Part shown: one piece after another, positions 36,501 through 51,000 of the stretch | How positions within the stretch are numbered: position 1 is the first letter of the stretch | Layout: each line of letters opens with the position of its first letter | DNA from: Haplodiscus bocki | Lineage: Eukaryota | Length of the DNA stretch: 64,000 nt | Reading direction: 5' to 3' | Assembly (NCBI GenBank): GCA_965655095.1 | Contig: OZ296651.1 | Coordinates: 66,402,001-66,466,000 of the forward strand | The notes under the pieces: model-generated | What the model was told of the DNA's origin: nothing | Databases searched by the model: none | What the model saw: only the letters and a program-made list of their open reading frames with translations | Made by a program: the position numbers and the translations under genes

Positions 36501-39500
36501 AGGTGCATGGACTTAATTGTCGCCCGTAACATAGCTTTTTTGTCCGTTATGTCCGTTTTTGGCCGACACTAGTCAGAAACCCGCGCTGATTGCACTTTAT
36601 GCAACGTCCACGACTGCAACGACAGTTTTCGAGGTTTTTATCCCCACCTCAAGGAAAGGCTTGCGGTGTTTTCGATTTTAGTTTATGTTTCACTTTCCAT
36701 AAAGCTTCAGTCCAATGGAGCGTCAAGACTTACCAATTGTGATCCAATCCCACCGCTACGCACGTGCGTGCTCTGTGGACCAAGGATTACATACTACAGT
36801 AGTTACCTTTTTGAAACCCTCAATTGTCTGACAATTTTTTTCAACTTTTGTAGTGCAGCTTAATGTCTCAGGGAGTACTGGGCCGAAAACGTAAATAACA
36901 AGCCATCGTGTTTCCAAAATTATAGTATTTTATTACCCCAAACTGAAAATTCAAAATAAATCACCAGTAAGGTTAATTTTGCAAGCTGAAGAGTATTGTT
37001 AGGGGTGGCATGGATTTTTATACTCCTTCACATTTCGGATTTTTTCAATACCGGCGCAGTCCTCTTTGCATTGCTTTTGGTTGTTTCTGCCTTTGAAGAT
37101 TTGCAGCAATGACTTTTGTCAAAATCTTCGTTTTAATTGGTAGTTTTCCAGGAGCTGAGTCAGTTTTCTGAAAAGCGCTCTCGTTTCCGTTGAAATGCCT
37201 TCAAAAGACTCAGTTCCGATGAAGTCTTTCTATTTTCGACACATATGAATACCTCCCATAGCTGAGTAAAATATATTTTCCACCTATCTTTGTTTGCACT
37301 GGCAAGCACCCAGCCTATTACTCTTGACGCGCGTTATTTCTGCTTATGGTTGCATTTCGCTAATGTTCCGAGGTTTTTTTCCGGCCCAATTTCGCTACAT
37401 CGCTTGTTTTAATCGTTTCTGGCGCTGAAAAAAATGCTTTATTTCTTGCATCCAATTGATCCTGTAGGAGGAGAGCAGATTTTCTGAAGTCAGTTTAAAA
37501 GGTGCTTTTTTGTGTTGAAAATCTCAAAAAACTCTCTTCGGTAGAAGGCTCACTTTCAATATCATCGGAAAATTGTAAACTTGTCAATGACAACTATTGT
37601 TTTCGGACAGATTTTTCAAATATTTACGTAGAAGAACGGGGTTCATTTTGCGAAAAAAATCCTTTCATGTAACTTGCAGTTACATCGAGAAGTATTCTGA
37701 AACTTCGTCTTCCGAATTTTTTCTACTTTTTGCATCAGAAGCTCAAATTGTTGTTATTCAACATCTCAAAATCTTTCCTGGAGTTTTTGTTGCTAAATAT
37801 TTTGGAAAGCATTTGGCGAAAGAAGTAAAAAAATGTCTCGTTTCTAGTGTGCAAAAAAAATGTCTCGTTTCTAGTGTGCAGGTTGTACTTTTCGCAGCGT
37901 TCCGGCCTCATTTTGATTCAATAGGTCAAGTTTAGTCAATAAAACAACGAAGTTCACGGCAGCTGGTATTTAGCACTCCTTGTATTTGTTTCAGGAAGTT
38001 TTCGATCAGTTTTTGCCCAGAACTGTACCATTTCTCGCACTTTTCCTTCAAACATTTAAATATGATATTTTCATTTCCTGGATTTTTTAACCAGGAGAGC
38101 CGGAGGTGTCTCTGTCCTGGTACAGCTATGGAAACTTATCGGATTTTTCTGCGTTTTTTCTGCAAAATATTAGGTCAGAAATCGGGAAATTTATTTTTAC
38201 AATATTTTCATCTAATACACCTGCCATCAAACTAGAACAGATTTATTTTGTCAATCATTTCAAAAATATACGGAAGTTTTTTTGAACCAAGAGATCTTCA
38301 ACTGCTCTTTTTGGTTCCGTAAAAATTGTCTGAACTAAACTGCGACACAGCGTGTTAGATTCGGATAGACATTCAATGAGATCTTTCTTGACTTTGCTTT
38401 ATATTGTTGCTGTGAATGCATAATCTGGTTTAGTGTTCTTTAGCTGGTCGTATGTGTTTTGTTGTACTTTTTTGTTTGGCGCTACTTTTCTTAAAGACAT
38501 GATTTCACCCTAATTTGCGGTCGGAATGACTTTTGAAGTTAATATTTTGGCGCTTAAACCTGGAAAAACACAAAAGTTTTGAATTTCCGGTATTTTGTTT
38601 CGGTCTCTTCCTCTAAAACAAAATCCCATCAGATGCTGTTTTTATTCCGCTTTGGTATGTAATATAACCTAAATAATTTTAATAGGTCGGCAATTTTAGA
38701 CTTTGCAGTTTGGACTAGTGATTTGACTGAGAACTTCCAGTCCCACTGTCCCTAAGTGATTTTGCTTTTTTAGGGCTTCCAGCGAAATGAGTATGCCCTA
38801 TTGACGGGGCTGTGTTTCTTTGTTTTTTTTTGAAAATTCTGTTACGTCCTAATAATTCCGACTTGGAGTCCCATGTCTTCGAATAGTTGACAGATATTGG
38901 TTTGGCTTTTTCTGAAAAAGCTCGGCAAGATTCTAATAATATTCTTCTTAGAGAAAAAATGAAAAAATATTCCAAAAAATACTCGCTCCTTGCTTTTTCG
39001 GTGAAATTGTCATGAAAACACGTATATCGAGCTAGCGTCCCAGTAATTTTATCTCCTAAAGTCCTTTTGCTACAGTACTGCTGACGGTGTGCTAGCACCA
39101 GTACATTTGTCGAAGCGACGATTGATTGCCAGATAGCACCACCCATTTTCAGTCCTAAATTTTTCGGCGAAAAGTTATCGTTTTCATCGAAAAAGAACTG
39201 AGTTCTCTTTTAAAACTCTCCATATAATACCTGAAAGAGTTTTCTAGAGGCACTGTTTTACAGTTCGGCCACCAGTTAAAGTTTGCAATGGGCTAGTTTT
39301 TGAGAATTCTGACTGACCAAAGCTCAGGCAATTTTTCGGGGAAACATGTTTTTTTTTCAGATAAAATGACAGAAAACAGTTTGCAGCTTCTTTCCTGATA
39401 ATTTCTTCACCTTTTCAACTTTTCCACAAAGATGTTGTTTATCTATTTTCTTGTCAAGGGTTACCTATTGCGTAGGTTACCTACTACCCCATCAACCGGA

Positions 39501-39849
39501 GCCCATAGGCGACGCTTTTTGCGCCTATAATTAAGCGAGCTAACGAACCTCTTTGCTGCGCCTGAAAGGTTTGTGGAGGAAACTGGTTTACTTTTAGGGC
39601 TACAAGCGATAGTGAGAATGCGCTATTGCTCCGCGACTAGTAGGAGAAAAATGTTTCCTCGCATGACATTTCAAATTAGGATGCCTATATCCGTCTATTG
39701 AAGCTCTCGATCTAATTGGTTTTTGGTTTCTCTCTAAGAATCGTCGAAAGGCTTCTTGATGACGAAAACTTTTTCCCACCGGAGTTATTCGCCAAAACGG
39801 AAGCTGTCACTGAGGAGTCCGAATGAAGGAACCTTTAAAATAATTGTTT

Positions 39850-41900
39850 GTGCCTCTTTCGCGTTTTTGTTCAATTTGTTTTCATACTCCTTATTTCGAT
39901 AAACTGAAATTGCAAAAAGTTCATAGCAAAAACCAACCTGGTGGCGCAAATCAACGAAAGTGAAGTTTCGAGGAACATTTCGGTGAAAAATTGTTTGTTC
40001 TCTGGAGTGCCGCTTCTAGCTCCATCTTGCTGCATTGACAGCACCTCAATACGTTTGTTTGTTCGGAACTGAACAGTTTCCCATTTGCTAACCAATTTTG
40101 TTGAACATCCTTCGCGTGTATGCTTTTAGGCGAGCACCGCGAAGACGGTTAGCAGAAAATTACGTTTAAACACTCTCGGTTTTCTTGCGCGTCCATTGCA
40201 ATCCTGTGCGTTTCTTCTCTGAATAAAAATAATGACGCAAATTGCTCGGATTTCTTGATTTTTTGGATACACTCCACGATGGCTTGACGATCTTTTTTTT
40301 CCTGTATATATGGCTGGCGAATTGTTTGGCGTCATTTTAGATATCGATATAAACAGCTTTTGAGTTTTTCACAAGCCAGTCACTCTTTTTCATCTCTTGT
40401 CTTGAGTCTCAAGGAATCTTGCTGAACGTAATGTTTCGCACCAGTCGGTGGCAAACTCTTCGATGTAGCAATGCCTTTTCACACTTTTTGTTAACTTGTT
40501 CCCTGGCATATTTTTGCCAAAAACGGAGAAAATTCGAGGACATTTTGATTTTTTGGTCATTTGTGATTTTTTTTCGAGTCTCCTTTTTCGTTACCATTGA
40601 CTGTTGGTGCAGTCAATTGCACCCGTAGCATTTATTTGTAAAACTATTTCACAAGAAGTAGCTTGTTACCAATATCTAAAGTTTAAGTTTGAGAAGCATA
40701 GTGGCGCGTTGCTGGTGAGAAAATGTCCTTTCAAGGGAGATATCTGAGGTTGAAAATCAATTTTTTTTGCTTCATGAATTCTGGGTTGGCTTTGATTAAC
40801 TTGAAATCGACAATATTTGTCTTTACATTGCTTTTTGGTGCAAAATTTCTGCAGATTGTGTTTCTATGTCTCACCAGAGCAACAGTTGTTCAAAAGTTCA
40901 ACTTTTAGATTCCTTAAATAAATATGCATGATCGGTGGTGGTCCAATAAAGTTCAGAGTGACGCATTACCCTACATAGTAATGAATAATAATGTTCTTTG
41001 AGCGCAATCCGCTGTTTAGCCGTAACCAATCAACTTATTGCTCTCAAAAAGTTTCCACAGAGTTTTGAAAAAATTCCTGAAGAAGTTGGAAAAACTTATG
41101 CTTTTTGGCAATTGTTTCAGCGTTTGGCCCTCGAACTGTGTTGATTAACGTATGGGTCTTATTGAATGAGCGCAGCAACGCTAGAGTACATGGGTGGAAT
41201 CGTCAATGAATTTTTCATAGAATTTAAGGTTGATTTCCTGGCAGGAAAAAAAAAGAAAAAACCTTCTTGTAAAAAATTTGTTTCTTTTGAAATTTGAAAG
41301 GCATCTGACCAGTAAAACCAGAGCTGGTTCTTTCTCCTTTTTAACATGGGTTAAGTTAGACGCTGTGGTTGCAACCAAATGAATTGTTGTTATTCCGAGC
41401 TGAGTTTTAGGATGTAGGTAGTTTATAGTCAAGAATCAAATTCTTTTTCATTTTGAGCCTGAAATGTCCGTTTAAAGCATTGGCTTCACGTCACAGAGTG
41501 ATCTCACGCATTTTTCCGTACTTTTTTTGGAGCCGTTTGCATTGTTTGACTGTCTGCTGCTGTCCGCAAGTTTTCGGCTGAGCACTTTGGTAACTGATGC
41601 GAAGTCAATCTTGAATCGTAAGAACCTCAGAGGGTTTTTAATGTTTTTCACAAGAAGTGGACCGAAAAACGGTGTCGTCTGTGAATTTCGTCAGTGTCAC
41701 GGCCATCAAAAATTTCGCCTGCTCTGATTGCATCAATATCGTATTGACAGCATCTTGGTTCCGGTTGTGGATGGTTTGATAAAGTATTTGCAACTTTTGA
41801 CAATTTTTTGGCCTAAAAATCAGATAAATGAATTTTCTCCAAAATTCGAAGTTTTTCGGAACGAAATATATCGTTTTTAATAAGAAAGTTTTTAGTGGAC
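39850..41900 (-). pseudogene. Second ancient Ty3/gypsy pol relic
   Basis: Faint minus-strand motifs: FYWSDAFQ (RT/RH connection, ~41300), IEEFATDW (INT core, ~40445-40465), TPNNSPAIYTGKKR (~40290-40330). Confidence 0.3.
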
Positions 41901-43964
41901 GCTATAGAAATCGGAGGTTCAAAAAAGGAGGTCTGCAAAAGAAAGAAAATTAGCTTTTTTCTCCTGCTATACAGAAAATATTGTATCTAGTTTTCAATTC
42001 GACTTTCATCAAATCTTTCTCTTTGTTTGGAATCATCTTTCGTCAGAACACCAGCTATGAGATCGGTTGGTTCAATGCAAGGTTTATGTAACTTTTGGGT
42101 ATGGAAAAATTTTGCAAGACTCCAAACGACACTTAGGAATGAAACTTTAAGTAAGATGACGAATTTGGAAGGTGGTTGTCCTTTTTGAGAGTTTTCGATT
42201 ACATCTAGAAAGCCCTAGTAATTGCGGATTTAGTTACAACTTCCAGAAATTTTTTTGTGGAGTGGAGAAAATTTTGAGCTTACGACAAAAATTGCGCTAG
42301 TTGATTTTTGGTTTAAGTCCAAAAGACTACGCAACGTCTTCCTCCAATAAACTTAAACAGTGGGAAATTTTTCGCCTCCCCGGTCTTTTAACGCTTAAAA
42401 ACGTGAGGAATGGAAAATTTTACAATCTAAATTCTACTTTCTTCATTCTAGTACGTCAAAAACAACCTCTCAGTTCTGAAAACAAGTTTATTGGGTACCG
42501 GTTTTATTGTTGGTAATATTTACATTCGCAAGGATTTTTTTCAGTTGAAAACGTGCGAAAAAAAGTCTTTGTTAGGCAGCAATTAATTTTTTTGAGCTAA
42601 AATTTCTGTGTAGTCCACAATCTTTCAAATACACCGTACGAGACCTCTTTTCACAGCTCTCATTGGGAGGGGGAGGCTTCAACCTCGATGAAAAAACTCA
42701 TAACTCATTGAAATAGGCTAAAAAATTAAGGTAGAGCAGCTCAGAGGAAGATGATTTTGATGGCTTTGATGAAAAAAAGATTTGAAATGAAACTGTTTGT
42801 TGTTTTGATTAATATTTTTTCTTTTTTCGACAAATTTTTTTGTTTCCTATGTCGTATTTTTTAATAGGTTTGCGCATGAAAAAAAATCCATAGAATTCAC
42901 CAATGGATCTTTTCATCTTCGAAAAGTCATATTGTAATTCTGTGTAAGTAGGTCGTAAACGGCAAAAACAGGAAATATTCTAGTTTTCAATTTTTTTCGT
43001 CGAAAAATTTTTCGAAAGAAAACATTCAATTCATTAATTTGTGTTTCTTTCGGTTTCCTCATTTTATTAATGACACGCAGAATCGTCTGCAGAATCATTG
43101 AGCGCTTGCGCAATGCAAATGTGAGTCGGCACTGCGGTTACGTGGTTGACAGGTATTGGTGTCAAGTCCAGCTGTTGACCAATTTTTCAACATTTTAATA
43201 GAGTGTCGTTTAATTCTTCTTGTTTTTCTTAATAGCAGGAAACAGGGTTCTGTTGATAAGTTTTATGGTTTTTTTGATAACAGAGTTTTTCCCCGAAACC
43301 ACCTTTTCAATTTTTACTGAAATTTTTCTATGGTGCCCACCGCCGGGCGGATAACTATTAAGGCGCGGACTAATTATGACGCCTGCGGTTAATTAAAACG
43401 CCTGCGGATACTGTTTTGACTTAACGCTATGTGGAAAGATACTTCGGTAATGTATTAAGATAGGGTATAGTTCGGCAATGTATTAAGATAGGGTATATTT
43501 CGGTAATGTTTTATGATACGGTAAACTTCGGCAATGTATTAAGATAAGGTGTAGTACGGTAATGTCTTAAGATAGGGTATAATTCGGTAGTGTACTAAAT
43601 TTGGGTATAGTTCGGTAATGTTTTAAGGTATGATAGTATAAGAGAAAAGTTGGAATTAAACGTAAGAAATGTAGCAACTTGACTGTTGCAACAGAAATAA
43701 TGACAAAAAATATGTAGCAAGTGTTGCCCATCATAATATACCATACATGGAAAGACCATAAAAAGAAAGCCAGGCCATAAAAGAAAACTCTGACCAAAAA
43801 AACATTTGTCAATCACTTTCATTTACGATACTGTTTTGACTTAATGCTATGTAAAAAGATTGTGTTAATGTTTAAAAAAGTGATTAGAGTAGAAATAATA
43901 GCAAACACATAGTATAACTTGCACGATTACATTGAAAAGAAGGAAATATTACAGATTGTTACCT

Positions 43965-44335
43965 TTTTATCAAAGTACATTAACAGTGTAAACTCCAGTA
44001 ATATCTTCTTGTCGGAACTTGAAGAGATGAAAGGCTGCATATATCGCGTAGAAACCGCAAACGCTGGAATGAAAATGGAGTGGTTCTGGCATCATCTGCT
44101 TGCACTGCTGCTCGAGGAAACAGAGTCGACCGATAAATTCTGCAAAATACAGTTTGTGACGAGAGTTTGCAATCTTTATCGAATGCTCACCCTGCAGATT
44201 ACTGGGTTGCGTATTGATAACGGTAAAAGTGTCATTATCAAGAGTTGGAACATAGCCAGAGGAAAAAGAACAACGGTACCGATACATGATGAGTCGGATT
44301 CGGTTGATTTATTTGCTGGCGAGAAACACTATTTC
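43965..44335 (-). pseudogene. Adenain protease relic
   Basis: YVPTLDNDTFTVINTQPSNLQGEHS...VCGFYAIYAAFHLFKFRQE. Confidence 0.88.
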
Positions 44336-44344
44336 CTTTGGATT

Positions 44345-45630
44345 ATTTTTCCAACAATCTAAAACTTGTCAACTGCAACCGAAGACATTCGTTCCCCCAA
44401 TACGAGGAGTTCAGCATTGTGTTCTAGAGGAAAACTAAAGTTTAGCTCCAGCCTCAGTGGTTGTTCAACTAGTTCTGGGTATTGACAAATTAACGTCTTG
44501 CATTGAGGTCAAACTAAACACTAGTACAAAGTAGTCTTTAGAATTATCAATTTCGAATTAGGAAGATGTCATCTTGAAAATTCATTGCTTTCATTGTCGT
44601 AACGTAGAGACGATAATTAACAGCAGCATCAAAGTCCCCAATTGGTTGACCACCCCCGAGTTTTATAGTTTGTCTGAGACCAAATTGTTGATACCACAAT
44701 GGATTTCCAGTGTATGATCCGGTGAAAGCAGAGTTTGTATTCATTGCAATGGCAATTCGACGAACTGGAGCCTTGTTGAAAATGTTTTGTTGGATCAACT
44801 GGTTTTGTCTAGCGGGATTGATAAAAGTCTTTGTTAGAGTCTCCTCATAGTTGACCTCCACAGGAGCTTTTGCAAGCATGCTCTTTCGTTTGTTGTGATA
44901 ATCATCTTTCAAAGCAATACGACGAGCGTAAAGTGAACAATCAACAATTCCGACACTAACCTTGGAGTTGTCGCTCATCGTGTAAAAATTAGTCCTAATT
45001 TAATTTTCATTTTCGAATAGAGTACTTCAGAAGTGGAGAAAAAATGAACACCCAGTGTACCATACAACATGAAGCCATCGGCTCTACTAAGCATTTTCAT
45101 TCTCCTTGTGATAAAAGGTACAGACAAAAGCGTTTCCATAATTTGATCAAGAAGTTCTTCATAGTCGTACCCATCGCAATGCAAAACTCTCTTGTATGCA
45201 GAGACAGCCCCCTTTAAGTTGTTGAACAATTACAAGTGCGCATACAATCCGTTTGAAGGGTATATTTTTTGATTGTTGATGTTCACTTCAACATTGGAAA
45301 AAATTGATGTTTCCAAAATGTTGTTTAAATGAGTAACGAGAAGAACTGGAACGTCTTGTTCCTCCTCCGTTTCCACATCCGCTTTTGCTTCTTCTTTGTG
45401 CTCTTTTTTTACTTCTTTGGTATTGTAAGTTTCGTAACCACAAACCTTTACAAGATTCAGTTTCAAAGCAAAGTATGTCTGTCTTAAATCAACGCAATAG
45501 CTCCAATCTCTTTGGAATTCAAACGCTATGCAGTTATCATCGAGTCAGGTGGTAGGATAAGTTTTTTTTGTGGGACGACAAGTCATCGTCAACTACTGGG
45601 ACTCTCCCTCCAAAGAGTTTTCCAAAACGT
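44345..45630 (-). pseudogene. Major capsid protein relic
   Basis: Fragments match 23349-24703 (IFSNVEVNINN, GFMLYG, RRIAIAMNTNSAFTGS). Confidence 0.9.
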
Positions 45631-45681
45631 GTCGTTAGAAAACTGTTCAGTAAAGTTTTCATGGGATGTAGTTATTGTAAC

Positions 45682-47150
45682 TGTGAGTTGTCTCGTCTGG
45701 GTCGGAGTCTGTTAGGTTGCTGGCACGACACGCAGAGAACTCCACATCAGGACGGGTATCATTCTGGGAACGATCACAGCTTAGCTGTTGGTCTTCTACA
45801 TCAGCATGCCGGAATGTTACCGGACTTGTTCCGGAAAATGTCCGTTACTGTGGGTTCAAGAGAAGTTCGACCAATTTGGACAGATCACCCAAGATGCAGG
45901 ACTCTGTGTTGCTGAGTTCCTCGGACAGTTTTTTTAGTGACTCTGCCCTCAATCTATTCAAAAACTTGTGCCATAAACTCCTCAGTGAGTCCAGGAGCAG
46001 ATGGTTGTTCCTGGGAAACTCTTGTGTCTCCTTTGCCAAAGCTGCTAATTTCCGCTTATTTCTCAATGTTGCCATCTTTGCGAAAAGGTTAAAAAGTCGT
46101 GAAGACGGAATTAATTGTATTTTGTAAAAGAAATCTTGAGTTCAGCCAGAAAGTAAATTTGTTTTTTGAGGGAATTAAGTTTTTAATCATTGACAATCAA
46201 TTGAGGTAAACAAAACTAGTCAATCAAGCTTGTACAGTGGTATACAATCTTCATAAAAATAATAGTACTTTCATTTGTCTTGTTGTGTTTGTCCCCTAGC
46301 GGGAAACATAATTGTTTACACGCCAAGTCAAAGTACAAGCAGAGAAAAGTACTTCAATCATATTAACTATGAAAACAAAAGATGCCGACCCTGGCGGAAA
46401 AAACACATAACCATCCATTTCTTCCCACATAGGCTGCGTTTTTTCCGTCTTTCGACGGAAAAAGTACGAGCCTAATCCGTCAGCAATGGACAACAAAGTG
46501 CTTATTCCCGCACCGACACAATAAATCTTATTACAAGAATAGGTCAAATGTTTTTCCAAAAGAAGAAAGTACTGATAAATTCATCAGATTAAGTGAGTAA
46601 AACAAAGAAGTCATGGTTTCATGCTTGAATGTACATCTGGTTTTACTGAGCATCCTTTAGAATCCTTTATACTGCTCTGTTCCTCCTTTCTACCAGACTG
46701 TTCCGGAACGGTTCTTTTATCTATTGAACCACTGCTTGCAGCAGCGCTGCTGTCGGAGCTAGAATAATTGAACACGGAGCTATTCTTTAGATGGCTAGAA
46801 AGGGCACAGCAAAAAAGCGCAGAGCGCAGATTGGAACGAAGTTCAAATGAAGTCAACAGATTGGCAACGATGGAACACGTACGGAACAAACAGTCACCTT
46901 TGAAGTCACCCTCTATAACTGCAGTTGTTATGTAAGCAAATTTATTGACGTTGACAATTTCACTCACAATTACTGCACTAATCTTCTGAGAAGGTGGGTT
47001 TCTTATGATAAGTACACATTTTAGTTACAAATATAGCACCTCTCAAAAAGTATAATTAGACACGTAAAACCGAGTGAATGTTCGTTTTTGTTCCGAACCG
47101 GTTCCGTCCCAATCTGGATCAACACAACAGAATCAACCCGTGAGTAGTAC
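45682..47150 (-). repeat. 3' LTR
   Basis: Clearly homologous to, but substantially diverged from, 58511-59990; includes a copy of the gag N-terminus (MATLRNKRKLAA). Confidence 0.75.
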
Positions 47151-48022
47151 GATTCCGGTGATCGGGACTGTAATCTCTATCATACCTAGTCGAATTTGCT
47201 CCTATTAACGTCATTGTTGCTAAGATATCAAACGGATTGGGGTCAAATTCATGTCTTTCTGACTTGGGGGAATTATGGGAGCTTGCTGCTTATAACCCTA
47301 AAGCATGGTTGAGTCATTCGAGTCCTCGCTGATTGTATTGAGTCTGGGTTCCGTGGAAGCCGTTCTCAGAACCGTGATAGCTTCTGTTCGGTGTAGTCCG
47401 GAAAGTTGTGTAGAATTAAGGACTTGTGGTGTTTTGTTACGTGGCGGGCTCGGCTCGTCTGATAATTGCTCAAAACAGACAATGTGGGAGTTTTACGAAA
47501 TAAACGATGTGTTCGGTGTCATCTGTGAAGAAGGAAACAGGAAAAATGTACTGTTAAAGGCAGTGACTCAATTTGAGAAATTGACTTGAATAAGTGAGTG
47601 ACGACGTAGGGGGAAGCGGCAGTAAAAGCTTATCGCCAGGGAAATCTTTTACCCTCCCGCAGTAAGGAATTGGATTGATGAAGTCAAGTAAGTGGTGATA
47701 TGAAGCGAAGTTTTTAATTCGTGCACAAACCGAAAATTGAAAATTGAAAAGTAAGGAACACGAGTATCGTTCCTCAATGCGTCCTTGAAATCTGATGCTG
47801 ACGTCATTACTGGCAGACAAATTAATCAAGCTAAATTTAATAATTAGAGTTTTTATTAAAAATTTTTTTAAACCCACCATGTAATAGCCACGTCATTCAC
47901 TGAAAAATGTCAATTTTTGCCCCTGAAGACGTCTTTTATTCCTTTGCGGAGACTGACTCAAACATTAGGGAGGTTGCATCAAAAATGCACCCCCATAGTA
48001 TTCTAATCCCCGTGCTGAGATT

Positions 48023-51000
48023 GTGGTGGAGGAAAAGGCGGTGAGGAGTATCGTTCTGGATTGTTTGGAGGCGAGAAGCGAGTTGAACGGCGAGGAAGAA
48101 ATGATAGATGTTGTTGGAGGAGGAAAAGCAGGAATGAGAGGCAGCGCTAAATCAGAGGGCTTCACTTTCATGCACCCACTGAGACGCTCGGATACAGTTG
48201 CAGTTTCCGACCCTGAGATAGCTATTCATACTTCCAGGAAGGCCATTTGTAAGTAGCATTTTTTACGATACCCGTTAGTTGTTCTTTATGTAAACACACA
48301 TTAGCCATTATGTGTTTCATGCAACTAGTTTGATGCGCGCATCTATCATCTTGATGAACAATATCTTTTTGTTTTAGTGTATAGTCCTTCCAGCGAACAC
48401 GCAGTGCACTCAGTTGTCGCCAATTTTTCAACTGATGTGTCTGGGTTGGATTTTGAGGTTGGCGAAGTCATTTCAAGTAGAGAACTCCGGTCTTTCGTCT
48501 CAACAAGAGGTCATCTCACGGCTTTATCAGAGGGTTAGCACCTATCTGCATGTTGTGGGCGGTTGTCTCGAATGTTCTGGAAAAATTTGTTATCTTACAC
48601 TCAAGTCCTGTTGGAGATCTACCAGGCCGTTCTGGAACTGGCGCTGTATCCACTGAGGTGGAGACAGATGCACCATTTTCGAAGAGGCGTGCGGTGGTTA
48701 CTCGGCGCTTAACTTCATTTGCTGGCGACGGAGTGAGGCCTGTGTGTTCCAGTGTGCCTGTTATAGAACGTAGTTGCTAGCTGCCTGAGCAAGCATTTGA
48801 TAATGGTGTGGCGGTTTTCACATGTGTTTCCTAGTATTCTTCCTCGTTGACTCCACGTTTGCATGATTCCTTGCTTTAGATCAACTCAGTGCTGATCCTG
48901 CCTGCACTCTCATGCGATCAACTGAACGCCAGATTCTTACGCTTTGCAGGGCTGCGTGTGAAGAAGAAAAAGCGCATGTCTTGGGTCCCCTGATGAAAAT
49001 TGGTGCTTTCATCTCGCTCACCCGCGGGTTGTTCCGTATTAGATTTTCATTGTACCTTTTGTGTTTACAGACCTTGACGAAGTATTGGACAAACTTCAGC
49101 AGGGACATTCCGAGCTTGAGCGCCCTGTCATTGAGACCACAGACAGCAGTGAGGACGTGAGTGATGCTAGCCCCGGAGAAAGGAAGGTCCTGTCGAAGAG
49201 GACATATCGGATGAAGAAGGCTTGGGCTTCCGATGAACTTGCGTGATTGTTTGTGACTGGGTCTAGAGATCCCCCGGGCGAGCCCAATCGTTTTAACTGT
49301 CAACTTTGTCGACGGGATGTGTCGGTGCTGACCCGTGGGTCATTTGAGAATCTGAGGCAATATAAGAATGCAAAACATTTTGTTATGGATCAGCGACTGC
49401 GTTTGGAGACATCTGGCTTGAGGGTTCTCAATTTCAGTGCAAATCCAATTTCTGATGAAGAAGTTGAGCGTCAACGAGCCAAGATCGTGCGGACACCACT
49501 TGTGCGACGGGACAGAGAAAATATTTTTTGTGAGGGTTTAATTTGCAACGAAACTAATGTTTTGGACCCACAGCTTCCCATTCTGGCTAAGGTGTCATCA
49601 CTGCTGGAAGTTTTTCCGTTGGGTGGCAGCTATGAGTTGGTGGAACAGTTGTGGACGCCGTTCTCCTTGACTGCCAGCTGCATAAACTCTGAAATTTGTT
49701 TTCGTGGAACGAAGTACTGGTTGCTATGCGTGTCTGTTCAGTATGAAATACGTATAGGTTCCGGAAAAATACGTATTCGTTCCAAATTTTAACTACTGAT
49801 GCTTTGTTTCCAGTCGATATTGCTGAATAGAATGTTTCTCGAATCTTGTCGCGTGTTGTGGGTTGGATTAAATCGTCTGTTTAGTTCAGTGTGGAGTTTG
49901 GGAAGGCATCAGAAGCCATTCTTGTCTTCGTCCGGACGTGGGACCGGGACACGTTCCGTAGAATGTGTGTTGCTGTATAGAGCAGGTACAGTGGAGAAAC
50001 TAGCCGTGATGCCGTTGTTCGTGGGCAGCTTCTGAGTGTTGTTGGTCTCTCTGTGTTACTTGTTTCCCTTGTTGGTGGATCACACGTGCTTGCGACACAT
50101 ACAATTGAGTTCGCTGGGAGTGGGTAGCGGGGGAACTTGGTCGAGTAACCCATCTTCGACTTGCAGTTGCTAAAAAAATGTCTACAGATGTGTGCATCAG
50201 TCGTCTTTGCCACTTTGGATCCGTTTTCGGTGACGGAGTTCAACGAGGTCGGATTGAAAGGCACTGAGCAGAGAGACTGGATGACATACACACATGCCTT
50301 GAGACTTGCTGTTGTGTGCGGGGACCTCTCAATGCCTTCTGTGGTTGAGATCGTTGAGAACTTTGTCGGTGTCTCCCCTGATTGTGTCCCTCCTAAGGGA
50401 GACCGGACGCAAGACTGAAAGCGACAGTCTCGTGGTATAGTATACTTCATGGATTTGCTTCCGTATTCGGTTCTGTAATTGATGGGAATCTTTTTTTAGA
50501 AGAGAGTAATCGATGGGTATCTCGGCATAGATCTAATGGCAAGGATGAAGTTCCGGTTGTTCCATCTGATACTTGAAATTTGTAAGTACAACAGTGTATT
50601 TCCTTTGTATTTAGCCAGTTGGGTACATATCCGCTCCGGATGCTATCCAAGAAACTTCTTGGATACATGTGGTATCTTTCCTAGTGTGTTCCATTTTTGC
50701 ACCCATGTGTCCGTGGTTTCAATGCCAGGCGTAGGCTACAAGTTTTCAGTGATTCTTTATGTGGTTTTCATATTTGGTGTTTCGTATGCCCACAACCTTA
50801 CTGCCGATCTATCTTTTGTCTGTGACTACGGCAATTGGGCGTACGGTTAACTTGCTTGTTTCACTTACTGTTTGCGGCCGAAAATGAAGGCGCACAGTCA
50901 ATGCCCCTGATTGAGAGGTGGGAGGAATTCATGCTTCTCAAACTTTCGCAGTTTCCTCCTATTGCAGAGCAGGAGTTCCCTCCCGGGAACCAAATTGCTG

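Larger units (their letters stand above)
43320..45680 (-). mobile_element. Truncated, more decayed Polinton relic related to the main element (TIR part, protease, MCP, end of pVII)
   Basis: TIR core GGTGCCCACCGCC...GATACTGTTTTGACTTAA at 43332-43430; AATGTATTAAGATAGGGTATAG array 43440-43640; protease and MCP homology. Confidence 0.9.

Noticed and set aside
37827-37880. Short tandem duplication AAAAAATGTCTCGTTTCTAGTGTGCA x2
   Set aside because: Local slippage with no functional context.
35100-39800. Scattered 60-143 aa ORFs as host exons
   Set aside because: No recognisable domains or consistent splice pattern; probably decayed repeats. The same applies to 1-1400 and 2800-5500.
43919-44362. 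147-aa plus-strand ORF
   Set aside because: Antisense to the adenain relic.
45600-46075. Functional gag-Polinton capsid fusion gene
   Set aside because: The junction is the LTR end; stops and frameshifts intervene, so it is best read as insertion adjacency.
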